Positions 37,440 to 60,514 of a DNA stretch of 64,000 nt are shown here, piece by piece. This DNA is from Macrostomum lignano. Its lineage: Eukaryota. How positions within the stretch are numbered: position 1 is the stretch's first letter; each line of letters begins with the position of its first letter. The DNA is taken from assembly GCA_002269645.1 (NCBI GenBank), contig NIVC01002065.1, positions 62,001 through 126,000 on the forward strand, written 5' to 3'. The position numbers and the translations under genes were made by a program. The notes beneath the pieces are model-generated. The model searched no databases and was not told the DNA's origin. It saw nothing but the letters and a program-made list of their open reading frames with translations.

Positions 37440-37685
37440 TATCTGCTGAATAAATTTGGCTACAGTCTCCTGAACCATTTTGGCTTCAGTCTGCTGAATC
37501 ATTTTGGCTTCAGTCTCCTGAACCATTTTGGCTTCAGTCTGCTGAATCATTTTGGCTTCAGTCTCCTGAACCATTTTGGCTTCAGTCTGCTGAATCATTT
37601 TGGCTTCAGTCTCCTGAATCATTTTGGCTTCAGTCTCCTGAATCATTTTGGCTTCAGTCTCCTGAATCATTTTGGCTTCAGTCTC
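37440..37685. repeat. 24-bp minisatellite (ttttggcttcagtctcctgaatca)
   Basis: Directly visible. Confidence 0.9.
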
Positions 37686-38214
37686 TTAGGCAGAGTTATA
37701 TTTAACCGACATTTAATAAAACGGCTCAACTGTCTTTTTCAAACTTGCATTATTAGATAAGAAACGTTATGACCGGTAAACGCGTGCCCTGATAGAGATT
37801 AGCTATACTAGAGTGATTAATGATTCGAAATGCGATAATCCAGGTGAAAAACCAGACTGACTGAATGCGTGAGGGTGTTGACACTCCAGATACAGGTTTT
37901 TAGTTCTCCTTGACGAGCAACTGCTGTATTTGCCCTGGAGCAAAATCAGACAGAACCTATAGCGAGAGTTGGCGAATAAAAGATAGAGAAAACACTGTAT
38001 TGAGGTGAGTCAGGCCTCAGGCAGTCAAAAATAGTGTTGTTAAAAGGCAAAAGACTGGACGGAAAAGGCAGCAATAGAGAAAAACACACGTTTGAAAATT
38101 TTGTTATAAACTTTTAGTGTAACGAGTTTTTATTGTTTCAAAAATGGCGGTGACAGCGGCAGGGCGGCGGCGACTCAAAAGGAATTAACGAATTCTCAGC
38201 AGGGGGCATCAAGT

Positions 38215-38448
38215 ATGGACAGAGAGAGCGCCCTTCGGATAAGAAGCATGGAAAGTCGAGACTCTACAATGCCAAATGTAGAAATTCATTGGGCACAACA
38301 ACCCTCAGTAGTCTCTGGGTTGAGCTCTGCATTGCGAGCGATAGATAGGCGCTCACTGATAAGATTAAAACTGGCTACAGGCATAGCGCCAATGTCTAAC
38401 TCCCAAGTCCCAGCGTTTCCGGCAGTACTTTGTGCTAGTTTTTCAAGG
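38215..38448 (+). CDS. Possible first coding exon of an unidentified gene
   Basis: ATG-initiated 78 codons ending at a strong donor AGG|GTAAGT; no recognised family and no partner exon identified. Confidence 0.3.
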
Positions 38449-38611
38449 GTAAGTTGTATGGATAGTGAGAGGGGAGACAAGAAAGATTGTAAACAAATTA
38501 AATGGGCTAGCATTGCTGAGCACTGCTGAGCACTGCTTACTTGGCCTTGAGAGGCGCGAAAGTCTACTAACTTTACCGGTTGATTTGAGTTGAACAAATT
38601 GATTCAACTCT

Positions 38612-40870
<2,259 letters not shown>

Positions 40871-40914
40871 CAGATTTAATTAATTAGTCTTTTGATTTTT
40901 TTAAACACGCCGTG

Positions 40915-40936
40915 ACCTCTCTTCTCTCTCTCTCTC

Positions 40937-40973
<37 letters not shown>

Positions 40974-41200
40974 ACTTTCTACTTTCCCCCCTCTCTCTTC
41001 TCTCCCTCTCTCCCTTTCCTCCTCATCTCTCCTCTCTCTCTCCTATCCCTCATTCTTTTCCTTTTCTTCTACCCTCTCCTCTCTCTCTTCTGTCTCCTTT
41101 CACCTTCTCTCCCTTTCCTTCTCCTCTCTCCTCTCTCCTCTCTCTCTCTCCTCTCTCTCCTCTCTCTCCTCTCTCTTCTCTCATCTCTCACCCTCCCTCT
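40915..41200. repeat. Degenerate CT-rich low-complexity tract
   Basis: Directly visible. Confidence 0.9.
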
Positions 41201-41997
41201 ATCAATTTATTTTGGTTCATAAGAGTACATGACATTCTGTTGCCAATGCATTCTGTAGCAGTTTACTAAGCGCGATTCAGAAGCCAGAGAGTCAAATGAG
41301 ATAGACTTGAACGGTTGGTGCTTCAAGTGTCCTTTATTTAATTAAACGAAGCTGCAGTTCACGCGACAAGACAGGACTACTTGAGCCATGACCCAGAAAC
41401 TATGTTCTCATTTTCTCCAAACAGAATTATTTTTCTCAAATAGAGAGATTCGCATATTGGCTCAACAGGACCGGGGAAATCTCCAGTTCTCAAATGTGTT
41501 ATTTCAATGTTTCTAAAAAACCACCCCCTCACACACTCGCGCTCACTCTCGAATCCGTGATCCAGGCACGAAACGGGTAAAAATCAATAGCTTAGAATTG
41601 GACCAGGTTGGGAAAGCAGCCGCCTAAACAGCTCAATAAAATCACCGTTGTGCCCTGCGATAGCACTGCATGCCTGCCTGCCTGCCCTGGCCACCCCCGC
41701 TTTATTAGCAAATCTGCCCCCACCCTACCGAAAATGCAGCCGCGCACGTACCTGAAAACATTTTTACGATTCTGAGTAAAAAAATCGAGTACAGAAACAC
41801 TGAGGGGCGACAGCAGTGCCGCTTGCGGCTGAGTCAGCCCTGCTCAACTGGGCTGGGCTGAGAAGAAGGTGACTACACAGAGCAGGGTGAGAGAGTGTGG
41901 GGGGTATGGGCTAAACAGTGCTTGCATTTCCTTCATATGTAAGCTCTGTGCATGACGATTTATTGCGACAATTTTCAATTCGGAATATCTAGATGGA

Positions 41998-43082
<1,085 letters not shown>

Positions 43083-43418
43083 CGCAGACAAAAAAGAAAT
43101 GCATGGAAGAGCAGCTGCATTGGAGCTGGCAAACACATTTACTCGTATATTTAAATAACACAATGAAAGTAGGAAAATTCTAGGCCGGCTCGCTGAAGAA
43201 GCTTTCTGACTACACGAGCAGCTGCATCTTAACGACTTAGAATGCAGGGCAGAAATGCGAATGGTCTTACTTGAAGTACTACTGGTGGTTCCCTAGGGAA
43301 AAGCAAAAAAATAACTTTCAGGGGTTAAAATTGCAACCTGAGCGGTTCATGAAACGGAAGCCAAAATGATTCCTGGGACTGAAGCCATAAAACATGTGCA
43401 TAGAATGCGCCAGCTCTT

Positions 43419-49631
<6,213 letters not shown>

Positions 49632-49784
49632 CTAAAATGTAATAAGTACCACTAAAAACATACAAAGCAAAACAAAAGGGAAACATTCTTATACTATTCA
49701 CAGGTACTACATTTCAATTTATTTAAAAGAGATAATCAGAACTCGCGGAATATCGGACCTTAAGAGAGTCTGGGAATGAGAGCT

Positions 49785-50390
49785 TATAAGCTGGACCCCA
49801 GATCAGGGCACCATCTTAAACTGACTGCGTCTGTCTGCTGGTGTCACGGTGTGTTAGCTGGACCCCAGATCAGGGCACCATCTTAAACTGACTGCGTCTG
49901 TCTGTTGGTGTCACGGTGTGTTAGCTGGACCCCAGATCGGAGCACCATCTTAAACTGACTGCGTCTGTCTGTTGGTGTCACGGTGTGTTAGCTGGACCCC
50001 AGATCTGGGCACCATCTTAAACTGACTGCGTCTGTCTGTTGGTGTCACGGTGTGTTAGCTGGACCCCAGATCTGGGCACCATCTTAAACTGACTGCGTCT
50101 GTCTGTTGGTGTCACGGTGTGTTAGCTGGACCCCAGATCAGGGCACCATCTTAAACTGACTGCGTCTGTCTGTTGGTGTCACGGTGTGTTAGCTGGACCC
50201 CAGATCGGAGCACCATCTTAAACTGACTGCGTCTGTCTGTTGGTGTCACGGTGTGTTAGCTGGACTCCAGATCGGGGCACCATCTTAACTGTGTCTGTCT
50301 GTTGGTGTCACGGTGTGTTAGCTGGACTCCAGATCGGGGCACCATCTTAACTGTGTCTGTCTGTTGTTTACAAGGTGTGTTAGCTGGACC
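49785..50390. repeat. About 62-bp minisatellite, about 10 copies
   Basis: agctggaccccagatc...caccatcttaaactgactgcgtctgtctgttggtgtcacggtgtgtt units. Confidence 0.93.
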
Positions 50391-52284
50391 CTAATCAATT
50401 ACTGTTTGTTTACTTTGAAGTACGAGTATGAAGCGTAGAAGAAATGGTTGTAGTAGTTCAGCTGTTTAGGTCATGTAAAGCTCATCATTTTGTAGCTGTA
50501 TAGGAATTTCGAATCAAAGAAAAACATAAAGGAGAATTGTGTCCACAATATTTGTTCATAGTTTAAGTAAAGCGCAAAATCAAAAATTTTAATAACACGT
50601 TACAACAAAACTTACTGACTTGTCCTTAGCTTTTGTTCTAGGGAAGCACTTGCCTGAAATGTATAAAATAATGTAATACTGTATAAGTTGTTGATGCAAA
50701 TGTGCTATTGTTTGCTTTTGATATTGACATTGACTGTAGAGTATACTCGTAGCTTACCGCACTCAGAGTGCAGAGCCTTTAGGATGTTCTCAAGGATATT
50801 TTTTCGACTCCCATGTGTTTTTACTCCTACAAAGCATGTTAAAAATGAAAAGCAGTAAAGCCTTAAATTTTTTACAAGTTAAGTAGAATATTATTTAGAA
50901 TTAGAAGTAATTCTTTTTTGAAAATTTTCTTACCTGGGATAGCCAGTCCACTTTATAAAAAACTTTTTTTGCAGCACTTCTCAATCCTTTCGACGTAAAA
51001 TATTTTGGCCGTTTTCTACAGGATATTCTTCCTATACTTGCAGTTGCAATTGCAACGGGGCCTAAACAAACTCTGGTCTTAGTAAGTCTGGGTTTCAATG
51101 GACCTGATTGCGAGGCTTCTATAAGCAAGCAATCCCACGCCAATTTCATTAGACCTTTTCCTATTGGTTAGCGACATTCTGTGGCTGGCAAATGTACAGT
51201 GCCCATTGAGATACCCCACTGGTTGGCCAGTGTCTATTCGCACTGTACAGTCTTGAAACAGAAAATTCTAGAATTCTTATCTCCCGACATCAGCTGTTTT
51301 AATAAAAAGCAAACAACTAGTGTACATTGCTGTGTACAATGAGACAAGCAGTCATGCTAAAATAAGGGGGTAGAGATTAGTCTGTGCTACAGGACATCGT
51401 TTTAGGGGAACCACTGGAGGCCGCTATCTTTCAAGGAGTGTGAGGCTCCTTTAAGCATAAGAGCGGCTCACTTAGTCCAATCACACTGCATTTTCCGTCC
51501 AATGAATTTGGTTAAAGGCACTTAAATGTTCGGATAAGCTACGACTTTCAAAGATAGCGATACAAATATGGCTTTCGTTTTGGCTTTGACATAATAAGAT
51601 ACAGGTATATAGCTCGTACGAAACAGCCTGTTATCAATCATTACTTCATAGTGTGTGATTGTGTAAATACATCATTCCCTGCAGCACGGGTGGCCAGTTG
51701 CATCACTTACAATTGCGATCTTAGAGGAATTTTTAGTAGCTCAAGGTGGAGAGGAGACTCAATGCTGTGATGCAATATCGTGATTTTTTATAAAAATTGT
51801 CTTGAAATTAATAGCATATAATAGTTCCGTCTTTGTCGTCCAAGCCTCAAATCCATTATATTGTTGCTTACAAATTTGTTATTTTATCGCAAAAAACAAT
51901 TAACGTTTTCACGATTACAACAAATCGACAAATTTAGCTACCAATTTACCTAACAGACACAAAACAGACACCAAACAGACAGTTTTTGAAAATGGGTCAT
52001 GTGAAATTTCGATTTACGTGGACCTCGAAAATCGGTTTAGGTGGACCGAGTAAAAGGTCCAGGTAAACTGAAACCGTTGTAACTTGGAACCAAAAGAACT
52101 TCGAGTGAGCAACTTTAGGGACCACGATCGTTTTCTGCTAGACTCCATCATAGGTCTATGTAAAACATCTTTAACCTTTCATGTAGAAATATATATGGTG
52201 GTCCACGTAAGGGGTCCGGTTAAAACGGGTGGTCCATGTAAGGAGGGAAAAATACTGACGAAAGGTCCAAGTAAACACAGACAT

Positions 52285-52495
<211 letters not shown>

Positions 52496-53129
52496 GTCGC
52501 ATGGACAAATCATTTGTATTTGCGTTCCTATCTGTTATTCAGATTTTGCTACCCACCGTCAGGCACTTTCCGCCAGCTTTAAAACAATCGCCAAAAACAA
52601 GCACGCGGAGACGGGGAAACTGCATTTCGAAGGGAAAGAAATGAAATCCGGGATGGGATTCAGACAGCTGCGTGAGCTCCTGCTGGGCAATGCCGCCCCT
52701 CCCTCCATGACACTGGAAACCCCTTCCCAACAGCAGAGCAGCTCCCTGTGGCGATCATCTGTGGTCAGCTGGAATTGTATTGAATGCGGAATCCACCCCT
52801 CAGCCTCCCAGGGGTGCCGCGCCCGCCCACTTTGTGTCCGGGCGCGATAATTCTTTCAAAACTACTTTTCCAGACTTTGGCCTTCGTCTGCCCCCCTCCC
52901 CTCCTCCCAGTTCTCGCGTTGGTCAAGCGGTGCGCCAAATTTTAATTACAATCCTCTGTTAGAATGGGGAAGAGCTGCCTGAAAGCCCATAGCTGAAACT
53001 AGAAAGACAGAGTGGAGAGTCTGGAAGAAGATTACGTGCAGGGAGGAGTATCGGAGTTGAAGAGGAAACCTCGGGAAATTGGCTTTTGCTCCCAGCTGAG
53101 AGACACAGGGCGAGCCGGAGGAGCGAGAC

Positions 53130-53164
<35 letters not shown>

Positions 53165-53298
53165 TTCGCGAGCGGCGGTGCGGGACTGGGTGGAGACGAG
53201 AGGACTGAGGGGTTAAGAGCAGAGCAGAAAGCAACTTACAAACTGGGCCGCTAAGCCTACAGTAGCGTTCTGTGTTTTTCCTATTCTAAGAAACCTCA

Positions 53299-56200
53299 AT
53301 GCAGACGGGCCCGGCCATTCGCTGGCTGTTCATTGCTGCAACGGCCTGCATCGTCGCTGGTTTCGGTGCGGCTCTCGACAGCTGCCGCAACCTCAGCAGA
53401 CCGGCGGCGGCCGCGGCAGCAGTGGCGCCGGTGAAGCCGCTGCGGATCCGGCTGTTTCCGGCCCAGGGCGCGACGGACTCGGACGAGCTCAACGCCATGC
53501 TGCTCGGCGGGCACTACCAGCCAGACGGTGATTACGTCATCGCCGTGCTGGCCGAGTCGGGCGCCAAGCTGCGCGCCTACACAGTCGGCATCAGGCCGCA
53601 CCGGACTGTCGGGCGCGACGTCGGCCGCCTGCTGGCCAGGGAGCCGCTGACCGACGTACCGGACGCCGACTGCGTCTCTTTCACCTGCGCCGCCGACTGC
53701 TGGAGAAGAGGACGGCGGCAGCGCAACCAGCTGGAATTCGACTGGACGGCGCCGTCGGCGGCGAGCTCCGACACTGCCGAGTGCGTCGAACTTCGCGCTC
53801 TGGCCGAGCTGGAGACCGATGGAGCTGGCCGGGCAGGCTGGTGGGTCCGCGACAGCCGGGTGCTCTGCCGGGCTCCGGTGCTGGGGGACCCGGCCCTGCT
53901 GCGCCTGCCCGCGGCCGAGTGCTGCGCCTGCGGCTCGGCCAACTACCGGCTGCAGTTCCAAAGCCTGGCGCTGCCCTGGCGGCTACTGCCGTCGGCCAGG
54001 ACTGCGGCCCGCCTGGCCTGGTCCCAGCTGCTTGGTGAGTACTGCTTTGATGTCGACTCCTGCTTGAAATTTCAGTTGGGCTTTCGGTTAGATTTGCTGT
54101 TGGATTTCCGGTTGGGTTCCTGCTGTGATTTCCGGTTGGGTTTCTGATTGTAGTTCCGGTTGGGTTCCTGATTGGAGTTCCGGTTGGGTTTCTGATCGGA
54201 ATTCCGGTTGGGTTCCTGATTGTAGTTCCGGTTGGGTTTCTACTGGGATTTCCGGTTGGGTTCCTGATTGTAGTTCCGGTTGGGTTCCTGATTGGAGTTC
54301 CGGTTGGGTTTCTGATCGGAATTCCGGTTGGGTTCCTGATTGTAGTTCCGGTTGGGTTTCTACTGGGATTTCCGGTTGGGTTCCTGATTGTAGTTCCGGT
54401 TGGGTTCCTGATTGGAGTTCCGGTTGGGTTTCTGATCGGAATTCCGGTTGGGTTCCTGATTGTAGTTCCGGTTGGGTTTCTACTGGGATTTCCGGTTGGG
54501 TTCCTGATTGTAGTTCCGGTTGGGTTTCTGATCGGAGTTCCGGTTGGGTCCTTACTTGGATTTCCGGTTGGGTTCCTGCTTGGAATTCCGGTTTGGTTCC
54601 TGCTTGGAGTTCCGGTTTGGTTCCTGCTTGGAGTTCCGGTTGGGTTCGTGGCTGGATTGCCGGTTGGGTTTTAAGTTCCACCTCCGGTTCGTTTAGAATT
54701 CGATCGATTTCAAACAAGGTACCGCTTCAGCCAGGTGCCCGCCTACCTGACAACCATCCCGCAGGCGTGACTCACGACCGGAGCTACACCATCTGGCAGG
54801 CCGGGGGCTTTGCCAGCCCCGGTCTCCGGGCCCTCACCGAGTCCGGACTGGTTGGCCAGCTCGAGAGCGAAATCAGGCAGCTGAGCAGGAGCGGAGTGCT
54901 CACCGTCATCAAGGCTAAGTGAGAGCTGGATAAGTGACTCATTCTCAAATTAATAAGTGACTCATTCTCAAATGGATATGTGACTCATTCTCAAATGAAT
55001 AAGTGACTCATTCTCAAATGGATAAGTGACTCATTCTCAAATGGATAAGTGACTCATTCTCAAATTAATAAGTGACTCATTCTCAAATGGATAAGTGACT
55101 CATTCTCAAATGAATAAGTGACTCATTCTCAAATGGATAAGTGACTCATTCTCAAATGGATAAGTGACTCATTCTCAAATTAATAAGTGACTCATTCTGA
55201 ACTGCATAAGTGACTCATTCTCAAATAGATAAGTGACTCATTCTGAATGGAATCCACGTTCATCACATTCACCAAGTGTGAGACTAAGCAGTTCAAACTC
55301 TATAGCTGGTATGAAACTTGCAAACATAGCCTCGTGATGCATCTTTCTCTGTGAGCACTGTTGACTCAACGCCTAACTCTGAGGAATTGCTCGTTATATA
55401 ATGACACCATCAGCTGCTGTGAGACAGGAAAGCATTGGCATCAGCTTTTGTGTGCACAAGGAAAAAGCAGATAGCTGTAGCTAACATGCAACTTAACACA
55501 GATTCGGGCAAGCATTCTGAACTCTGATTCTGCACTGGAATTATAGTGGATCTTGTTTCCTAAACCTCATCAAAGACTTCATACGGCAATCTTCAATATT
55601 ACCTAAAGTCTATTCTGAGGTTAATCGTCAAATTAATCGTTTAGTCGTCTTGGAAAAGCTTAAAATCATAAAATCGTGTTTTTTACTAATTGTTTATTAG
55701 GCCATTCAATATTCACAAAAGGCGAATCAAATAAAATGACACCCAAGTCAAATGAAATGGCGCCTCAATCAAATTGAAATGGCACTCCAGTCAAATGAAA
55801 TCACGCTGTAGTAAAAAAATGGCACTTTAGTCAAAAATGGCGCTTTAGTCAAATGAAATGGCACTTTAGTCAAATGAAATGGCACTTTAGTCAAATGAAA
55901 TGGCACTTTAGCCAAATGAAATGGCACTTTAGTCAAATGAAATGGCACTTTAGTCAAATGAAATGGCACTTTAGTCAAATGAAATGGCACTTTAGCCAAA
56001 TGAAATGGCACTTTAGTCAAATGAAATGGCACTTTAGTCAAATGAAATGGCACTTTAGCCAAATGAAATGGCACTTTAGTCAAATGAAATGGCACTTTAG
56101 TCAAATGAAATGGCACTTTAGTCAAAAATGGCGCTCTAGTCAAATGAAATGGCACTTTAGTCAAATGAAATGGCACTTTAGCCAAATGAAATGGCACTTT

Positions 56201-58358
56201 AGTCAAAAATGGCACTTTAGTCAAAAATGGCGCTTTAGTCAAATGAAATGGCACTTTAGTCAAATGAAATGGCGCTTTAGCCAAATGAAATGGCGCTTTA
56301 GTCAAATGAAATGGCGCTTTAGCCAAATGAAATGGCACTTTAGTCAAATGAAATGGCGCTTTAGCCAAATGAAATGGCGCTTTAGCCAAATGAAATGGCA
56401 CTTTAGTCAAATGAAATGGCACTTTAGTCAAATGAAATGGCGCTTTAGCCAAATGAAATGGCGCTTTAGTCAAATGAAATGGCGCTTTAGTCAAATGAAA
56501 TGGCACTTTAGTCAAATGAAATGGCGCTTTAGTCAAATGAAATGGCACTTTAGTCAAATGAAATGGCGCTTTAGTCAAATGAAATGGCGCTTTAGTCAAA
56601 TGAAATGGCACTTTAGTCAAATGAAATGGCGCTTTAGTCAATGAAATGGTTTCCAATCAAATTTAATGACGGCGGCCCCGAATCAACGCAGCCCTTGGTT
56701 CAAGCCCATTTTTAACTTGATTTGAGCAATGTTTAACAAACAGAGCTACAGGCGGTAATGCGAACCGGCTTCAGCAGTGAAAAAGTTGCAGCAGGTACAA
56801 ATTTCAGGTCAGTGCAGCCAGTGGCCGGCAGAGCCGCCAGAGACAATTAGCGAACTTATATGGCTCTGGCGCCATGGACCCCCTACGGAGGACTTAACAT
56901 GTAACGCAGGCTGACGGGACTGTAAAATTAGGCAATTGTGGAGAGCTCCCAGTCTGCAGTGACGTCGACAAATTATTGCAATCCCATCAAGCAATTCTTA
57001 ACTACAAGAGCGAGGCTACACTCGTATGGCTAATTTAAAGGTTTTCGACCTTCGACTTGACTATTAGAAGGGGGATTAGCGTGCAAACCATGCAGCCCCC
57101 TCCCCAGCAAAATGGAGGAAATATGACGAGGGAAAAAGTATATAGGGAAAGCAAAATTCCTAGCGGCTTTAAAACCATGCAGATTCTGCTACAGTGGTCA
57201 GGTAGTGGCTAATTACTAAATAACACTAATAATGTGCTGATGGCTGCTGGGACATAAGACAAAACCTTGGACATAGGACATAAGAATAATGGTGGATGTA
57301 TATGACACGTACTTTTTGACCGCTTTGGAGTTTTGATTCAATGGAACTCTAATTGCAGGGGCGGAATGGGACTTGGCACAATTACATGCAAGCGTAAAGG
57401 TTACTGATTACATGTACATCTACAGTGTACATTTATGTACCAGAGGGCATAGCAGCTCGCCGCCTTCAAGAAAGATAGTATGCAACTAGCGAGTCACGTA
57501 GGGGGGCACCGCGGCCTGTCGCAATTGCAACTGTACTGTTGATTGAGTAAATTTAATTGGAATCTAAAGACAATAATTAAGTACAGTAAAAAAGGCCACT
57601 TTCAATAACTAAAAGCCTCGACAATTCAGTTCCTTCATTGTACTAAATTGGATGACCGAGAAATCCGTTAGAGTCAATTCAAAATCGCTCTAAAGCTTTG
57701 GAAGTTTTTTAGGGAACGCTGCTAAAATTGGATACAATTTTCCGCGAGGGCGCCATAATTCTTGTCAGCCTATTGAATAGGGAAGGGGCGCGGACAGGAC
57801 CCCCTTGCCCCCCCCCCCGCGACTTAGGGCCAACAAATGAAAATCATTTTCTAGCTATAGGTAATACGCTTCAAGTACAGTGGATGAATGTGCATGTACA
57901 TGTACAGTGGATGTAATGAATTACATGTAACTACATGCAGAAACATTTTATAGGAGTATTTTGCTTAATTCTACAACCTATTCACATGTCACAGAGACGT
58001 GCCACCCTGGACACCGCTGGACCAGCACAGCAGGTCGGCCATCCTCACTGTGAACACCAGCCACCATCTCGTGACGCTGCTGTCCCGTTTGGCGCCTTCC
58101 CAACCAGGCGCATTCGTTGGCGCCTCCCTGCTGGACCTGTGCCTAGCCAACTGCAGCTGGTCAGAGGGCCTGCGCTTGCCGCTGACCGTCTGGGACGCTG
58201 GTACGATCGGCCGAGAGCCGTTGCGCCGGATTCGGCCGCAGAAACTGGCCGGGCCCGTGCCGGACGGCCGGCTCATGCGAGGAGGGCCGCTGGCCATGCT
58301 CTGGCTGCATCGGATTCCCCCGGTGTCGGGGACGCCGAATGACGGATCTTGTTCATAG
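53299..58358 (+). CDS. F-spondin-like secreted protein (Reeler + Spondin_N only), 3 exons (53299-54034, 54765-54918, 57995-58358), 417 aa
   Basis: Signal peptide, Reeler-like FDWTAP...CVELRA, CCACGSANYRLQF, IWQAGGFASPGL...LTVIKAK, DLCLANCSW, VWDAGT; phase-consistent GT-AG introns (1254 nt). Confidence 0.85.
54100..54690. repeat. 24-bp minisatellite with a 120-bp higher-order period, spondin intron 1
   Basis: ttccggttgggtt(c/t)ctgatt units; a five-unit block repeats about three times. Confidence 0.9.
54930..55245. repeat. 23-bp minisatellite, 14 copies each with TGACTCA, spondin intron 2
   Basis: TGACTCA at 54935 + 23n (n = 0-13). Confidence 0.95.
55740..56650. repeat. 21-bp minisatellite (tcaaatgaaatggcactttag)
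   Basis: Directly visible. Confidence 0.97.
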
Positions 58359-60514
58359 CTTCACCCGATCCATGCACTTGCGTGTACAAATCTCCGGGAT
58401 ATGAGAGTAATTATACAAGCTGTACACTTTTCAGTCAAATGGCTGCGCGATAAAACAAGACTACTATAAAGCATATAGAATAGTTATAGTAATTGTTAAA
58501 TAGACAAAACTGGCAATCATCTTGTACTCGTAGGACCAAGGTGCAAAAGATTGGTGGTGGCTAACATTAAGTTTTTAGCTTATACTATTTGAAACAAAAT
58601 TGTGAATTCCATAAAAATCCCATTAGTTTTAATGTGTCAATTGGAGGATCGATCCCATATATACAGTACGCTCGTATACATTGCTATATAGTTGTCCCAG
58701 GACTTTTACAGTCGGATAAATGTCCGAATGGAAACCAAAGCGTGTTTGCGGATATGAAGTTCTACCAGTACATAGCTATAATTGGTGCATTTATGAGTTT
58801 GTGTTGCCGACTTGCAAAGCCATTTGCATACTAGGTTTTAAGAAATAAGCAATTTCCGCGACCATTAGTCCGAGTAGTAACTCGATCTATCAGAACTCTT
58901 TAGACAGAGTTCTCGGTTGTAAAAAAATAGGCATAGCTATATAGTTGCTAGCTAACTCTCTACTTGCAACTCAAAAAAGCATAAGAACCCGCTTTGAGTA
59001 AAAGTTTGACTTCAACTCACAACACTGCAAATTACCATATAGCTAGTTCTCTTCACCTAGGTGCGCTATTCAAGCTGCTGGAGTGGGTCTTTATCCCGGA
59101 GAAGGGTCAAGACCCAGATGAGGCCGATGAGGAGCTGCATGGCTTGTTCTTCGGCAAAATCCACTTGCCCCCCACCATTAGCTATAGTTGGCTACATTTT
59201 TAATATTGATTTTCATGTACTTGTTTTTCTCATTCAATTCGCTTTGAATAATTGCTTTTCAACAATTAGTTGTTCGAAATTTCTTTATGAAAATTGTATA
59301 TATAGCCGTCGTCTTTAAAACGCTTGCAATTAATATACGTGTTTCATAATCATATTACATCATTGGATTTCATGTGATGTTACTCTATACATACTAAAGT
59401 TAATTAACATTTATAGCCGGAATCGAAAATGTGTCAATCTTGATTTAAAGCTGCTTGTCTTTTTGTCAAGCAAACCAATATTTTCATAACTGGACATCTA
59501 CAATTGCATGACCATAATTAAGTTTTGTCAGACTGCACTGCAGAGAGCCAATAGCAGCCACTCTCACAAGGTTGAAACTTCATAAGCTCGAAACTCCACG
59601 TCGAAAATTTAATATAACAAGAACTATGCAGTATAGTGTTCGGCCCTTGCTAAAGTTTTCGACATTGTGAGTTCAATTGCGACGTCAATCTGCCAGAGAC
59701 ACCACTATCAATAAATTTCTCACATCGTAGCTATTATTTTTTTACTTAGACTTCGTTTATTACGGTGGTTTAGTCAGAGAGCCGTTTTGAGTTTTGAGAC
59801 TTTGTCACTTGTTTTACTTTATTCAATGTTAAAAGTATTGTCCGCCAAAACTCTCAGTCACAGAAACTCAAGCTTGTTTGATGTTGAGATGAGGTTTGAG
59901 GTGTGTCTGAGAGCTCATTCTAGCCCTATGATACAGGTATGAATTCAGTTCTCCGTCACACAAACTACTGTTTGGGGATGCTATCAGGGGTGATTTTCAT
60001 TGGATGGTTGAGATGATCTTTCCTCCCTCTTCCACTTCCTTCTGCCCCCCATCCTCGTGCCCTCCCTCCTTGATCCCTTTCCTCTCTATTTTCCCTCTCC
60101 TTTCTCATTTTAACTTCGCGAGCGGAGACCCGCACTAATGATTCCGGGGCAATCGGGGGGGGGGGGGTGGCAGCGCCCTCCCCTCGCTAGTGAAAAGGCG
60201 TAATCTTTTTGTAATTTTCTCAGATCATAAATCTATCCACTAATCTGTACAAATCTGAGCTTCCATCTTGACAATTGATCCCTCTTATGGCTTATGGAAA
60301 TAGATATGCAGAATTGACAGGCAGATATGACATCGGTGATTAATATTAAGCTTAGCGCTATGCATCATCAGTTGGATGAACTTGCCGTTATCCTTATAAT
60401 TATGAATGTGACAGAATTTCTGGCTAAATCGATGACAAAATTAGCTCAACACAAGCAACAACTGTTACAGCAGCAGCAGTAAATGCGATTTTCAGCATGC
60501 CGGTCTCTTCGTTT

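Noticed and set aside
50901-51149. ORF as the first DBF4 exon
   Set aside because: Its donor is phase 0, whereas the next candidate exon (about 50755-50825) needs phase 1; the 5' structure is left unresolved.
54088-56656. Repeat ORFs (TQPELQSG)n and (QMKWHFS)n
   Set aside because: They lie wholly within spondin introns defined by phase-consistent splice sites and have no own splice or promoter signals.
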